From the NCBI GenBank assembly GCA_001662655.1, contig KV460251.1: a stretch of 64,000 nt of DNA; one strand, given 5' to 3'. Position numbers and translations under genes: made by a program. Positions 1 to 12,597 of the stretch are shown here, in pieces. How positions within the stretch are numbered: position 1 is the stretch's first letter; every line of letters starts with the position of its first letter. Source of the stretch: Pseudogymnoascus verrucosus. Lineage: Eukaryota. The notes under the pieces are model-generated. The model was not told the origin of the DNA, searched no databases, and was given only the letters and a program-made list of their open reading frames with translations.

Positions 1-1829
1 TCGCGCAAAACACACCAGCGCTTGCCGGCGCCTTCTGCGGCTTCCGCGGATTGATTGCCCTCTCAATTCTCGGTAAAGTAAAGGAGGATGATCGTTGCGG
101 CTTTTTCGCTACGGCTTGCATGGATAGGGGTTCGGTATGCGCGTACAATAACGTGTACTATAGTTGAGTTTCGGCGATGAATAATCCCCTTGACAAAGAC
201 CGAGGAGATAGGAATACCAGGATTGATCCGTGGCCCTTTCCTTCCCGGCGTTGCTTCGTCTTTCTCGGCCTTGGCTTGTCGTGACACGACAGAGTGTGGT
301 TGACGGGTTGTTACCTATGACGACACCACGCCTTGGAAGGAACGTGTGTGGTGTGTAGTGAGACGGCGGCGGGCGCCACTACCGCTACGGTATGCAAGAT
401 GACGCCGACGACAGCGATACGGTAACACACAAAGACAGGTAGCCGTTAGGTTGCACGTGATAACGAAGACAACGGCACACGACGCGGATCATATTCACAA
501 GCTCATTCACAAGCACATTCACACATGCACTCACGATACCCCTTTCCACTTCAACCTCCAAACTTCCCCATCCAGCCTCTCAAAAACCACCCTTCAAAAC
601 CACAAATCACTCAAACTCCTCAACTCACTCACTTAACTCCACAAAAATCCCGTGATAGCCCCACCCCGGCCGATCCGATAAACAAGGACCGAATCGGCAT
701 CCCTCTCTGCCTCATCACTCACCCAATCACTGTCCAAATAACTTCAAGTAACAGGCAACTCACAAACAATTATGGGTCCTGACTCGCATTTCCAAACAAA
801 CTGCCTCCGCCGAACGAGTACGAATCTCAAACTTGTCGTCGTGTCCGTTTCCACACTGTACATCCATCCGGCCGGGGCGTCAAGAGATAAGAGAAATGGC
901 TGAGGTAGATACGATATAGCACGAACTGCTTGCCCCACAACGGAGGTACAGTTCAGTCTCCAGTCTAACAGTGGCTCATCCTCGCCCAGTTGCCTTATCC
1001 CTCAGTCCCCCGTCCGTCACAACCCGCTCTCATACGCACTAACTTAATCCCCTTCATCGTCGCTGTCAGCGCTGATTGGTGGGTCGACAGTACGCCCATG
1101 TGATTTCAGGTACCAATGCATAATCCGTTACTGGTGGGTTTCGTTATTGGCTGTGGGCGTGGAAGGGGCGAGGAGGGACGAGAAGGAAGGATGGGATGAG
1201 GGGATCGTGAGGAGGGGGTAGGGATGAGGGGATCGTTGAAGGGGTGTGGTGAGTAGGGGATGGGGAGTTGGTAATGGGGTGTTGGGATTGGAGCTGGTAG
1301 ACGGGCCGATGAGCCTGTTTCTCATATCGTCGTTGGTATTGAGGGAGGACTCATCGTGCGAGGCTTTTATGAGCCCTAACCCTTTTTCTTTCAATCTTCA
1401 AATATCCCCCTTCACTCTCCTCATCAAGAAAGCCGAACAAGTCAGCTCCCCCAGCCTTCAACCCGCACACGGCAACACAGTACATACCGAGATCTACACT
1501 CCTACCGAGGCCCACCCCAGTACATCAATCTCAATCTCAACGCCCCATTCATTCCCTGACAGCGGGTTCACCCGCATCCATCTTCCCCAGATAAAAAAGC
1601 AAAGAAAACAACGCACCTAGGAGTATAGTTCATAAAACGTGCATTTGATAGTACATACACACCATACACAGTCCCCCCTCTTCCAATACACTATTTCACG
1701 TGCAAACACAGGGACCCGGTATCACCCACCCACCCCTATCTCCCCCTTCCCAACCTCCCCGCGCTTCCCCGCATCCACCCCCTTTCACAACCCAACCCCA
1801 GAATCCAAACCCAGACCCAGAATCCTCCT

Positions 1830-4406
1830 CTACGCCCCAGGACTCAAACTCCCCTCCTCCTCTCTCCCCCCGCCAATCTCTCCCCACGCCTTCCTCGGAC
1901 TACTAGCAGGACTAGTCTTCACCCTCGGCCGACTCATAAACACCGCCTCCATATCCACCTCCTCCTCCTCTATCAACGCCTCCCTATCCACCCCCCCTTC
2001 CAGTGCATACTCATCAAACGGCGCCAGACTCTGTCTCACAGGCATAAAGCTCTCTCTTTTCTTCCTCGCAGCAGTCTTGACGCTGCGGCGGCGCTCGAGT
2101 TGTGCGGATTTAGCTACGGCGGCGGTGTTGGACATTGACTGTCTCGTTCGCGCGAGGAGGTCTTCGTGCCGTTTTGCTGTTGCTGCGGCTGCTGCTGCTG
2201 CTGGATTGATTTCTGGATCTGTCGTGATGCTTGACCCCAGCCGTGGCGCAGGCAAATCGGGTGGAGAATCGAAGTCCTCGCTAGCCCGTGGAAGGGAGCG
2301 AGACATGGACATGCGTGTTCGTTCGGCGAGGGAGAGGATGTGGCGCGGTTTGGGGGGGGAGGGGGAGGTGGCGGGGGTTGAGAGGGGGAGTTGGGTCGTG
2401 TCTGGGGAGGGGAGAGATGGGGAGGGTGTGCGTGAGGGAGGTGGCATGTCGGAGATTGTTGATAACACCCTTGGAACGGGTGGTGAAGGCTGGTCGGAGG
2501 GGATGGGTGAGGCTTCGAGTGAGGGGTGGTTTGCTGGTGGTGGTGATGCGGTGCGGTAGATTGGGATGATGCGTGAAGATTGACGGTTGGGGACTGGGGT
2601 TTCCTGCTCCATTGGTTGATTGTCGCTATCGGTGGCTTCATCGGTCTCTGATGGTGGCGGGAGTACTGCACTGCGATGCTGGGGAACAGGAGTCATCTGC
2701 TCAAACTGTTTATTGTCGCTGTCGGTTTCTTCGATCTCGGAGAATGGTTCAGGCGGAGGTGCTGCCGCATTTCGATGCTCAGCCATGAGTCGCGATGGAC
2801 GTCGTTGGGGAATTGGCGTCTCCTGCTCAACAACCTGATCGTCGCTGTCAGACACATCTTCAGTCTCTGACGATTCTGGTGGTGGTGCTACGACTCTCCG
2901 CCGCTCTACTCTACGCCGAGTGTGTCGACGCTGGGGAACGGGAGTTTCTTGCTTGTCGCTGTCGCTGTTGCTTTCCCAGTCCTTTTCATCATCCTGAGGC
3001 TGAGGTTTGCTCTGTACTTCTGGCTGCGGTTCCAGAGACCCTCCTCGCGTAGAAACCCGACGTCTTGGTAATTCCTCGTAACGCTGCGGCTTCCCAACAT
3101 CCGCGAGTTCCCTCTGAAGATTTGCTAACAACTCTGCTTGTTCAGGTAGCGGCTGCCAGCTTTTCGATGATTGCAGAGGATTGCTCGGCAACTGCAACGA
3201 TTCGTGTGCCCCAAAGCTAATACTAAGATCCTTGGCCGGCTTAGTAGATATCATAACATCCACCTTGCCAGAATCTGACCTCCTGGCCTTGATAGACCTT
3301 TCGAAATTCTGCCACGTTTCGTAGCGGTTCTTCTGCTCCTTGACCCTGGCGTCCAATTGCTGTAACAGGCCTTTGCGCTGGCTATCTTCAATCTCCCCAA
3401 TCCTTCCCTTCTCGACGTATTTCCACACTTGGTCGTATGGTTCCGAGAGCAGGGTATCGGTCTGAGCCTGCCTGTCACTCTGTAATATACTCTCAAGCCA
3501 ATCATTACTCCCATACCAATTCTTGCGTGCCCTCTCCTGCACTTCATACATCTCCGCCTTCGATATATGTTCCGTATTCTCATCCTCCTCAATAGCCACC
3601 TTCAACTGCTCCTTGCGTCTCGTTATCTGCCGATCTTTCAACTCCAGTAGCCCCGAGAAATCGTTATATATCCCCTTTGCCCGATCTTTCTGTTCGATCT
3701 TCTTCCGCAAGCTGCTTTTGTGCGCCAATACCAGCGCTGACAGGCTAGCGCGGTCACCGGTGTATGAGAAGTTCTCCATAGCCAGACGGAGAGCGATTGC
3801 CTCCGGGCCATCTTGATTCTCGCGAACTGAGCGCTTCACGACGGCGGTGGAGAAAACGGATAGGACTTCTTCCAATCGTTCGCCCTTGCACTCATCTAGC
3901 ATCGTCTTTCGTAGGACTGCATCTCGCCCGAGGGTGCCATTCTTCTTCGCCTGATCGAGACATCGAAAGAGTGCCGTGCGCAAGTTGAGCGACTGGAGCG
4001 GTTCGAGTGGGGGAAAGAACGGTTGAAGTTTCTACAAGACGCACACGTTAGTTCGTCTCCCCTAATAATTGGTAAAAAAACCACCCACCTCCCTCGCCTC
4101 CTCCGGCTCCCAAATCTCAAACAGCCGAAAAAGCGCCCACTCCACACACTGAATCCGCTTCTTAATATTCTGCTGCGAATCCTTCGTCGCAAACGTCACC
4201 GGCGTAATCCCCGGCCAATCCTGTCTCTTATCCAAATCCAGCAATCTCAAATTCGTCAAGAAAAGAGCAACATGCGACGGTCCGGCTGCTTGTTGCAAGT
4301 TTGTCGGCGCGACCACTGACCGTTTCAGGAATGAGGCGTCTGAGACGGGGACACGCAGGCTCTTGCTGCGTGTGTGTGAGGAGATTGCGGTAGCTGCCGA
4401 CGACAT
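1830..4406 (-). CDS. HAUS augmin-like complex subunit 6 (HAUS6_N domain) protein, 2 exons
   Basis: ATG at 4406 (MSSAATAISS...). Exon 1 has LFLTNLRLLDLD...IQCVEWALFRLFEIW. Intron 4032-4088 (gtgggt...ctaac...tag) joins it in frame to KLQPFFPPLEPLQSLNLRTALFRCLDQAKKNG...RKTMLDECKGERLEEVL, typical of fungal HAUS6 N-termini. A long Pro/Ser/acidic disordered C-terminus follows. Confidence 0.85.
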
Positions 4407-4812
4407 GGTGAGGAAGTGCCGGGCTGGTGCATGCCGGGGAGTTGCGTCGTTTGGTGGTTCTGGGGTTGCGTGTGAGGGCGGTCTGTCTGTCTGCCGAAAT
4501 GTCGGGAGGGTAAACAAAGGACAGGGGTTTGGCTCTGGGTGGACAAGGCTGAAAGGGCGGGCTTGGCGTTGCGATGCGAGCAGCTCCCCGCACTAATGTT
4601 TGGTAATCTAGAGATTCTTAGCCTTTCCGATTCACACGTGTGCCTGGGCTTGGTTTGCTGTCAAAACAAGCTTGCTGTTGTTTAAGATTGGAAGTAGATC
4701 CTCTGAGAAGCATATATTCAGCGTCGCGGCCAGCAACAGTTTTCGGACGAGAGAGAAACCACCCCGCTTGAGATTGAATATCACACCCCCACATCGCATC
4801 AACAGTTACAAG

Positions 4813-5668
4813 ATGTCCGCAAGTAAGTTGCCTCGATCGCCATTACGCTGCTCATCCTGTTGACCCTTTTCAGACTCCGAAAAGCCATGGGCTGTTGAAG
4901 ACGTTGCCGCGTCAATGATTGGCGGGGCACCAGAGTCCGGATCTGAGTCGCCAGTTCCATTCTTCCACATGCTTCAACAGTTAAAAACTACGAAGAGAGA
5001 GGGATGGAGGAGATTCGGCATTGACCAGTATGTATTCCTCTGCAACATCTCTACCCCGCTAACCCCTCAGGGGAGAGTCGATCGCAGACCACATGTACCG
5101 CATGTCTCTCATTACCATGTTCGCGCCGCCCTCGTTATCGTCTAAACTCAACATCCCCCACTGCACGAAGATGGCCCTTATCCATGACATGGCTGAGGCT
5201 CTTGTCGGAGACATAACCCCAATGGACGGCGTATCGAAGCCAGAGAAGTCAAGACGGGAGTCAACGACCATGGATTACTTCGTCAATGGCCTCCTCGGGA
5301 AGGTCAACGGCGGCATGACCGGCAAGGATATAATGGCAATCTGGCAAGAGTATGAGGACAGCGTGACCCTGGAAAGTCAGTTTGTCCATGACGTGGATAA
5401 GATCGAGCTTATCCTACAGATGTTCGAATACGAAAAGTCGAAGCAGGGAAAGCTTGATCTGGGGGAGTTCACTTGGGTCGCAACGAAGATTAAGATGCCA
5501 GAAGTTAAGGCATGGAGTGATGCTGTGATGAAGGAGAGAGAGGAGTTTTGGAAGGCAAATGGCGGGGTGTACACTGATTTCTCGAATGAGGGCGATGAGA
5601 AGAAGACTGAGAAGCGTGAGAAACACGTCGCGACTCTTAACGAGTATTACGGCAAGGAGGGAAAATAG
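4813..5668 (+). CDS. HD-domain 5'-deoxynucleotidase (HDDC2/YGK1/YBR242W family), 3 exons
   Basis: ATG at 4813, introns ~4823-4873 and ~5027-5070. The spliced product has LKTTKREGW, ESIADHMYRM, ALIHDMAEALVGDITP and VHDVDKIELILQ, the HD_3 family motifs. Confidence 0.92.
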
Positions 5669-6189
5669 AGTGGAACCAAGGGATGAAATATTTAGACATT
5701 GTTATCCATCGGATGGTGGCTTGGTTGTGTTTATAGATTTACTTCACTTGAACTGTGCAATCTTATCGATTAGACTAGAGCTTCATTTTGCGAATTTGCT
5801 ATGGCAACCAGACCCCTGCAATTATGTGGATCTCGGTCAAGCTATCAAACTTTCCCTATCGCCCTGCATATTGATGAATTTCAAATCCATGCCATTTTAA
5901 ACCTCGTCGCAAACCAGCCCCTTTGTCTTCAAAATGATGAATCTCACAAGTACATGTATCAGCCGTTGTACCTATTCTTCATCGTGACCAAAGACCCCGC
6001 CTCGCAAGGCGGTCAGCCCCGTTCTGCCACGGTGATACCCTTGCGACTAGAGACAACCCCAGCTCGCAGGGCAACACAAGACAGTAACAACGAATACTGC
6101 ATCACAGAGAGCGACGACGACAAGCAACTACACGGCGCATGAGCTTTACATGATATGCTTTGATTCTGGGGACACCATATTTGCACACG

Positions 6190-7638
6190 ATGTCGACCAC
6201 CTTCAACACACACGATGGACAGAGGGTGGGTCGCAGGGCGAATGTATTCCAACCACCACGAACTTCCTCAGCTTCGTCTTCGGTTCACCTTGCGCAACCA
6301 GCAACCTCGATAATGATGGAAAAACACAAACCTCTCATAGTGACGAAGAAAAGAAGTCGTCATGATTCAACAGCGAGTAATAAAGCCACGCCGATTTCCC
6401 AAACCATGGACTGGTCCAACGGCTACCCAACCGGTGACTCTATCGCAATGTCTGGAAGCTTGGATCCAGGGTCGCCGCTACCCTTTGTCAACACGCGCTA
6501 TCAAATAGCTGGTGGTTTGGATACGCCGTCGGCAGCAGCGGCCCACTACTTTGAAGAGAGCGAGTTCTCAGATACTGGCTATCGCAGGAACCTTCCCAGT
6601 GGCTCTGCCAAACCTCACTTCGAGACAGAATACCACAGTTTTGCACGGCTGCCATCTTCTGCGAGTATGGAGACCAACGGAGAGGCGCGCGTGCCATCCC
6701 TGCAACAAAGCACCAGTGGGGGCTGGAGCAAGACAGCGTTGGACGTCGTTGGGGGTGTCGTCGGCCGTGTGTGGCAGTTCTGCAAGGCTGGGGCATTCAG
6801 CGGATTCACGGCGGGTGGAGGACAACAATATCAGCTCGACCCCTATCACACTATCGAGACAGAACTAGACAACCAGAATGACAGCGAGTTTTGGGAGTCG
6901 GAAATAAGTCGGAAAGCGACGTTGTTCAACGACACGAGCGGCCGCTCATCAACCCCCGTCCCGGGGCAATATCCGGATGAGAGTATCTGTATCGTGGACC
7001 CTATGGATCGCGGAACACCTGAAGGCACTCCGGCGCGCGCGACGAAGCGGAGACAGATTGATGCTGGCAGTAGTGATGCTGGCCTTGGAAAGAATTGGGT
7101 TGTGGTCCCCAGTACCCCAGCTACTGCAACACCCAAGCCAGCAGGCAGGTACAGTATGCCCACGTCCTCAAGCGTAAGCCGTCGGCAACCAAACGGCACA
7201 CCATCAACAGCCAGTCGGCCATCAGCAAGACCAGGCCATAGACGTCCTTTACTGCACACCCGCGCCTCTGCGGTATCTCATGCTGGCTCTCCAGGTCTGC
7301 GCTCTTCCGGACCGGCGTCTTTCGCTTCCCCACGTTCGCCCGGCGGCTCAAAGATCCCAGTTCCCATTTCGTCAAACTCCCAAAGCGCCGTTGCCGCGAG
7401 CCCTGCAGCTATCCAAGCACAGAAATGGGCGGCCAAGAAACGCAAGGAAGATCTTGAAGCAGACAAAAGTATGAGCAAGCTCAATGCGCAGCTTCAGGCA
7501 ATGATCCGCGAGGGGAAAGAGGCGCTCGGTACTACATTTGAGGTTAAGGATGTCGACGAGGTTGGGATGGGGGATACCGATATGGATGAGGGGTTTGAGG
7601 AACCGGTTTCGTCGCCGTCCAAAGGACGCTGGCGGTGA
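6190..7638 (+). CDS. Uncharacterised intronless Ser/Pro-rich fungal protein with a predicted C-terminal coiled coil
   Basis: ~480-codon ORF, first ATG at 6190. Ordered-looking blocks (VGGVVGRVWQFC...AFSGFTAGGG; LNAQLQAMIREGKEALGT) sit in low-complexity sequence. No family recognised. Confidence 0.8.
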   Translation: MSTTFNTHDGQRVGRRANVFQPPRTSSASSSVHLAQPATSIMMEKHKPLIVTKKRSRHDSTASNKATPISQTMDWSNGYPTGDSIAMSGSLDPGSPLPFVNTRYQIAGGLDTPSAAAAHYFEESEFSDTGYRRNLPSGSAKPHFETEYHSFARLPSSASMETNGEARVPSLQQSTSGGWSKTALDVVGGVVGRVWQFCKAGAFSGFTAGGGQQYQLDPYHTIETELDNQNDSEFWESEISRKATLFNDTSGRSSTPVPGQYPDESICIVDPMDRGTPEGTPARATKRRQIDAGSSDAGLGKNWVVVPSTPATATPKPAGRYSMPTSSSVSRRQPNGTPSTASRPSARPGHRRPLLHTRASAVSHAGSPGLRSSGPASFASPRSPGGSKIPVPISSNSQSAVAASPAAIQAQKWAAKKRKEDLEADKSMSKLNAQLQAMIREGKEALGTTFEVKDVDEVGMGDTDMDEGFEEPVSSPSKGRWR

Positions 7639-8405
7639 ACAGTAGCGGGGGAATTTGGTTGAACACAACGATATGAACGATGCGTATGATACCCTTGGAG
7701 GAAGAGCGATTCGTGAGCGACTGCCGAACGAATATATATGGCCGAGCGACTGTACGACATGGCTATTACCAACACTATCAACGGCAAGCACTTCGTTTTT
7801 TTGCTTTATACCCCGCACCGATCAGCTATATCCAGGCGATGCATTTTGAATGGAGCATAACAAGCTGCGCCGGCATATTTCCTCCATAGGAACTGCCCAT
7901 CGTGATCGGATTTAAACTGTACTTGTATGCATGGAAACGGAAGCGTCTTTGTTTTTTTGTATGCTTGGTGCGTTTGGAGGCGTTTTTGTCGCATTGGATT
8001 TCGGAATTTGTGCGCAAGGAGTCTCAGTGTGCATATGCAGATACCCTGGGAGCTTCTTTCATGGATGACCTCTGGTGGGGACGGGTGAACCTTTATCACA
8101 TTTCATAGAAAACTCTAGTTTTTTAATCCAGCTATGAAGTGTCTCATCGCATGAATAGATGTTACTCACAGTATCTCACAAGTGAATGAATCCCTCTAAC
8201 CGTCCTTGAGTGCCATATAAAGTAATGACACGTGATCTTAGCTGTCGACACCCATGTGCACCAATCCAAATTAGCGAAATGGTCGAAGCTCCCTAAGATA
8301 CCTCCAAGCAACGAGATTACAAGTAAACAACGCAAACGTAGCATCTTCAAATCTATAATCCATCATTCATTGTCATCAGTACACCTCTTTGTGCAGCTAG
8401 CAATC

Positions 8406-9667
8406 ATGGACAAGGTGTCAGCTTTCGGAAAGAGCATCGGGTAAGACAACTCTGATCCATCGCCGGGCTATTGCTGCCTATGAAACCCGAAGGGATTGTG
8501 GTGCTGACATGACCCTGAAGCTCGTCATTCACGCCCTTTGCCACTCGCACGACCCAGTATGTGAAGGAGCAGCTTGGACAAGCTGAGGATAGGGTGCGTT
8601 ATATTCTTTGCCCCATATGGAAGGGAGGAGGGTTCCAGGCGCATCTACTGACAGATACTAGACCCAGCTTCCTCCGGACTACATTGAGCTTGAGAAGAGG
8701 GTGGATGCCTTGAAGCAGGTTCACCAGAAGATGCTGCAGGTCACGTATGTAGCCATGGATCGAATAACGCCATTGCACAAAGACTGACCAAGGCGCAGAA
8801 CACAATACTCCAACGAGAGCTACGACTACACCAACATCCGCGAAAACATCACCGATCTCGGCCGCAGCGTCAGCGAGAAGATCCAGCTCCTCTCCACCGC
8901 CACCAGCGCCGCCGAAGCCCAGGCCGCCCTCACCGCACCCCCCGTCGCCAAGCCCCAGCCCAAGACCTTCGCCCACGCCGTTGCCCGCGCCTCCCTAGCC
9001 AGCAGCCAGCTCCTCCAACAACAGCACTCCGGCGCCGGCGAGGACCCTCTTGCAACCGCGCTCGAGAAGTATGCCCTTGCCAGCGAGCAGGTTGGCGAGG
9101 CCAGGCTCACGCAGGACGCACAGATCCAGGCCCGTTTCCTGGCGGGGTGGAACACTACCCTCAACACCAACTTGATGTTCTCCACGAGGGCGCGCAGGAG
9201 CGTCGAGAACTCGAGATTGTTGCTTGATGCGGCGAAGACGAGGGCTAAGGGTGGCATGTTCAAGCTCCCTGGCAAGGCGGATCAGCAGCACCATGAGGAG
9301 GCCGAGACCTCTGAGGATGCCAAGGTCGAGATTGAGCAGGCTGAGGACGAGTTCGTTGGCCAGACCGAGGAGGCTGTTGGTGTCATGAAGAATGTGAGTA
9401 TCGATTGCTGTTTTTGCAACTTTAAGTGCTAACCTTTTTGCCTAGGTTCTCGACACCCCAGAGCCGCTCCGCAACCTCGCAGACTTGATCGCCGCGCAGT
9501 TGGAGTTCCACAAGAAGGCATACGAGATCCTGAGCGAACTCGCCCCGGTTGTGGACAACCTTCAGGTTGACCAGGAGGTGAATAGAGCCGCGCAATACAG
9601 TGCTTAAACTCTGCTGATGAGGATACTCTAGGCCAGCTACCGCAAGAGCCGTGAGGGGACGTCGTGA
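8406..9667 (+). CDS. GVP36: BAR-domain protein Gvp36, 6 exons
   Basis: Not represented in the ORF track. Spliced product MDKVSAFGKSIG-SSFTPFATRTTQYVKEQLGQAEDR-TQLPPDYIELEKRVDALKQVHQKMLQVT-...PKTFAHAVARA...IEQAEDEFVGQTEEAVGVMKN-VLDTPEPLRNLADLIAAQLEFHKKAYEIL...-ASYRKSREGTS*. Five canonical introns. Confidence 0.9.
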
Positions 9668-10179
9668 AGAAGAGTGCGAGACGAGATGAGTTGAGTTGAA
9701 TACGGAGGTTTTATGCCGAGGCTCCGCCGAAGACATATTGATGGGAGGCCCGCTCAGGTTTCTGTTTGTATTGATTTTGGATCGGTCACTGTGGACATGG
9801 CACTAAATATAGCTATGGCTTCGTGATGTTTACCGGGTGCGTTACTGCCAATGTTGGGCGTATCTCCAGGTGTTGTTCTGGGAAGCTTTTGTTTTCCACG
9901 CCTGATTGCTTTTTTGTTATCATACCATGAATTCAAACGAAGTGACCGTCGATTGTGCATTATTTTATTTGGTGTGATAAATGTGTGTTGTTGTCCAGGA
10001 GGTATTTATCAATGTGGTGGTTTGCAACCTTTGATTTCGCATTCTCATATTTAACAATTCAAAAAATTGATAATTAATTCTCAAATAGATCTAACATTTT
10101 CCTTGGGCGAACCTGGAGACATACTTGCACTTCGCAGCCCTTGAATTACAAAACATATACCTACAGCCCAACCAAAAAT

Positions 10180-11097
10180 TTAAAAAGCACGTCTCGAACC
10201 ATCTATATACATCTCATCATATCTCGGCGGCGGCGTTCGCAACCCCTCGTCGGCAAACAACCCCACCTCAGATATAGTGGGATAGCCTCTAGCCCGATCC
10301 ATGAAGTAAGTCTCCTCGCCCGGCCTACCTCCCGTCCAGCGCCTCCCACACCTCATGAACGATCTCGCCGGCATCGTCAAACCCGAGAAAATGCCCGGTT
10401 CAGCAGCTCCGATCCCTCGCAAGCCGGAATCCCCGTACGATGTGTAGAGCATTGCGTTAGAGTACCGGCTAGGCATCGACGGGTCCCAGTTGCACGAAGG
10501 CCCGCGGATGCGCCCACCTCCCAATACAGGCGAGGGCATGTTGAGTCCTGCCACCCCGCCCGACGGACCATAGTCGCGCACGGGATACGCGCTCTCGGAG
10601 TCCTGCCAATGGCAGCCGCACGGCCCATGTCTGTCTTTCGTTTGCTTCGCTCTCTTGGGAGTCAATTTCCGTCTCCCCTCGGCTTGAGCCTTTGAGAAAT
10701 ACCGACGGAGTCTAGTCAGGATCCCTGGACGTGGAGAGCCAGAGTTTGGACGAGTTAGCCCGCGGGGTCGAGCTGGGCCGCCCACTTTGAAGCAGCCGTG
10801 GAGCCAGTAGAAGAAGATTAGACAGGCGCAGATGCCGATGATGGAGGAGAGGAAGATGCCGATGTGTGAGGAGATGAGGGATGGTTGCTTGCGGGGGTGC
10901 ACGTCTGCGGTGTTTGGGGTGATCTCGGCGGCGAGGGAGGTATCAGTTGGAATCAGGGGGTCAAAGGACTCGAGGGACCGTATAATTTCATGTGAGAGTG
11001 AGCCATTGTCGTCGGTGCGGCTGTAGAGAGATGATCCAAGGTTGCTAGGATCATCTGATTCGGATTTAAGGGCGAGGACGTGCGGGTCTATGTACAT
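10180..11097 (-). CDS. Uncharacterised single-pass membrane protein with a C-terminal PPxY motif
   Basis: 305-aa ORF with one hydrophobic segment (IGIFLSSIIGICACLIFFYWL), followed by a basic stretch and the C-terminal TPPPRYDEMY. Confidence 0.65.
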   Translation of the reverse strand: MYIDPHVLALKSESDDPSNLGSSLYSRTDDNGSLSHEIIRSLESFDPLIPTDTSLAAEITPNTADVHPRKQPSLISSHIGIFLSSIIGICACLIFFYWLHGCFKVGGPARPRGLTRPNSGSPRPGILTRLRRYFSKAQAEGRRKLTPKRAKQTKDRHGPCGCHWQDSESAYPVRDYGPSGGVAGLNMPSPVLGGGRIRGPSCNWDPSMPSRYSNAMLYTSYGDSGLRGIGAAEPGIFSGLTMPARSFMRCGRRWTGGRPGEETYFMDRARGYPTISEVGLFADEGLRTPPPRYDEMYIDGSRRAF

Positions 11098-11531
11098 GTC
11101 GAATTGGACGAAAGCTGGTGATCGTAGGTTTAGGTGGCTATATGCGTCTCATGGAATTGAGAAATGAGAGTGTTTGTAAATGAGGAGAGGAGACGACCCC
11201 TATATTTGTCCATACTCTAAAGAGGGTTTCTACTGAGGACATGATGGAATGATAGCGTTTTACTGCACTTCAGCCTACAAATGATGTAAACATAAATGAT
11301 CGAATGATACAGCATCTTCTGAGATTGACGTCGGGTTTGACAGGTGCCCGCGGGAACCAAAACCAATAGTTTGAGGGTCATTATCCTTAGTGGACCACCA
11401 TATTCAACCAGCCAAACCTACTTGTGAGTGACTGCACATATGGCAATATTTACAGTAACTGTAAGTAAAATAATTCTCTTGGTTACACAACGATGTGGCA
11501 AAAGCAAGAGAACCCTTCCAATTAATATATT

Positions 11532-12184
11532 CTACCAAGATTGCCATAACTCCTCAGACCAGTTCTCAGTTAACCTCTTGTCTCTTCCGTAAACCTCCTG
11601 CCATCCCTCAAACCCCTTATCCAGCACATAAACCTTCTGCTCCTTCAGTTTTGACTCCTCACCCTTCTCTTCTGCCGTCCCTTCGTCAACCCATTCGCCA
11701 TTCTTGGAATCCGAAGCTCCACCTTCCGTTGCCTCACTCCGAACCTTGCTTTTCACCAACGTCTTCCCCACGTCTCCCCTCCCAGCGCCCTGTGGTCCCA
11801 GCAAGCGGTGTCGCTCGCGCATATACTGAGCCGCTGCTTTGGGACCTCGAACCTGGCTTAATGCGCAGTGAAAGATCACTATCTCCTTATCGGAAAGCTT
11901 GCGGATTAGGGAGGGAATGGCGTGGTCGAGAGTGTTGGAGGGCACATGCATGGAGGAGAGGATGTGGCCGCCGATGTGATCTTACAAAATGAAGTTAGAT
12001 CTGAAGTTTAAAAAGCACGTACGAAATAAGAAATGGTGTCGTTGGAATGTGGGCACACACCTTCACCTCTCACATCGATAACTGCAACCTTGTTGCTCTC
12101 AGATGGGTTTAACAAGATCTTTGATAGTGCATCCGCTGTTATGCGGCCTGGGATTACCGGAGCTGGGGCAATGCTAGACGCCAT
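11532..12184 (-). CDS. Rhodanese-fold Cdc25-like phosphatase / arsenate reductase (Ych1/Ibp1/Acr2 family), 2 exons
   Basis: Exon 1 ...VAVIDVRGE, intron 11981-12060, exon 2 DHIGGHI...VIFHCALSQVRGP (HCX5R active site) ...VYVLDKGFEGWQ. Confidence 0.9.
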
Positions 12185-12597
12185 CGCCAATTTATGTCCT
12201 TATACGTAGAATTGTAAGGATAGCTATGGTATAACTTCCTGGCCAGAGTGCGGGGCTGTGGATAATGTTCCTCGATCTGCCATCTGATACCGCCCAGGGT
12301 CCACCAAGACAGGTTCGATCAAAAATGACGACAGTAACCTACGCGCGATTAGGCGCGACCAGAGCGTCTAAATACCCGCGAGCATATACATCTTCAATGT
12401 CATATGTAGAGGTCAAAAACAGGTCAAAAACAAGTAGTAATGGGAAGGTATAAGACAATGTGTAGTTATATAAGGCCAAGCTGACCATACAAGAACTTAT
12501 CATAAAGTACACTTCACATCACCATAACACTCCATGCCGTAGGCCAACCATAAAACCACACTTACAATACATGTTCCATAATATACAAACACGGGAT

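Noticed and set aside
1374..1383. CCCTAACCCT, a telomere-template-like 10-mer
   Set aside because: One such permuted 10-mer is expected by chance in 64 kb, and no pseudoknot or CR4/5 support was seen.
1639..2559. 306-aa ORF antisense to HAUS6, and similar shadow ORFs over GH5, GLO3 and PNS1
   Set aside because: Low-complexity shadows of GC-skewed coding sequence.
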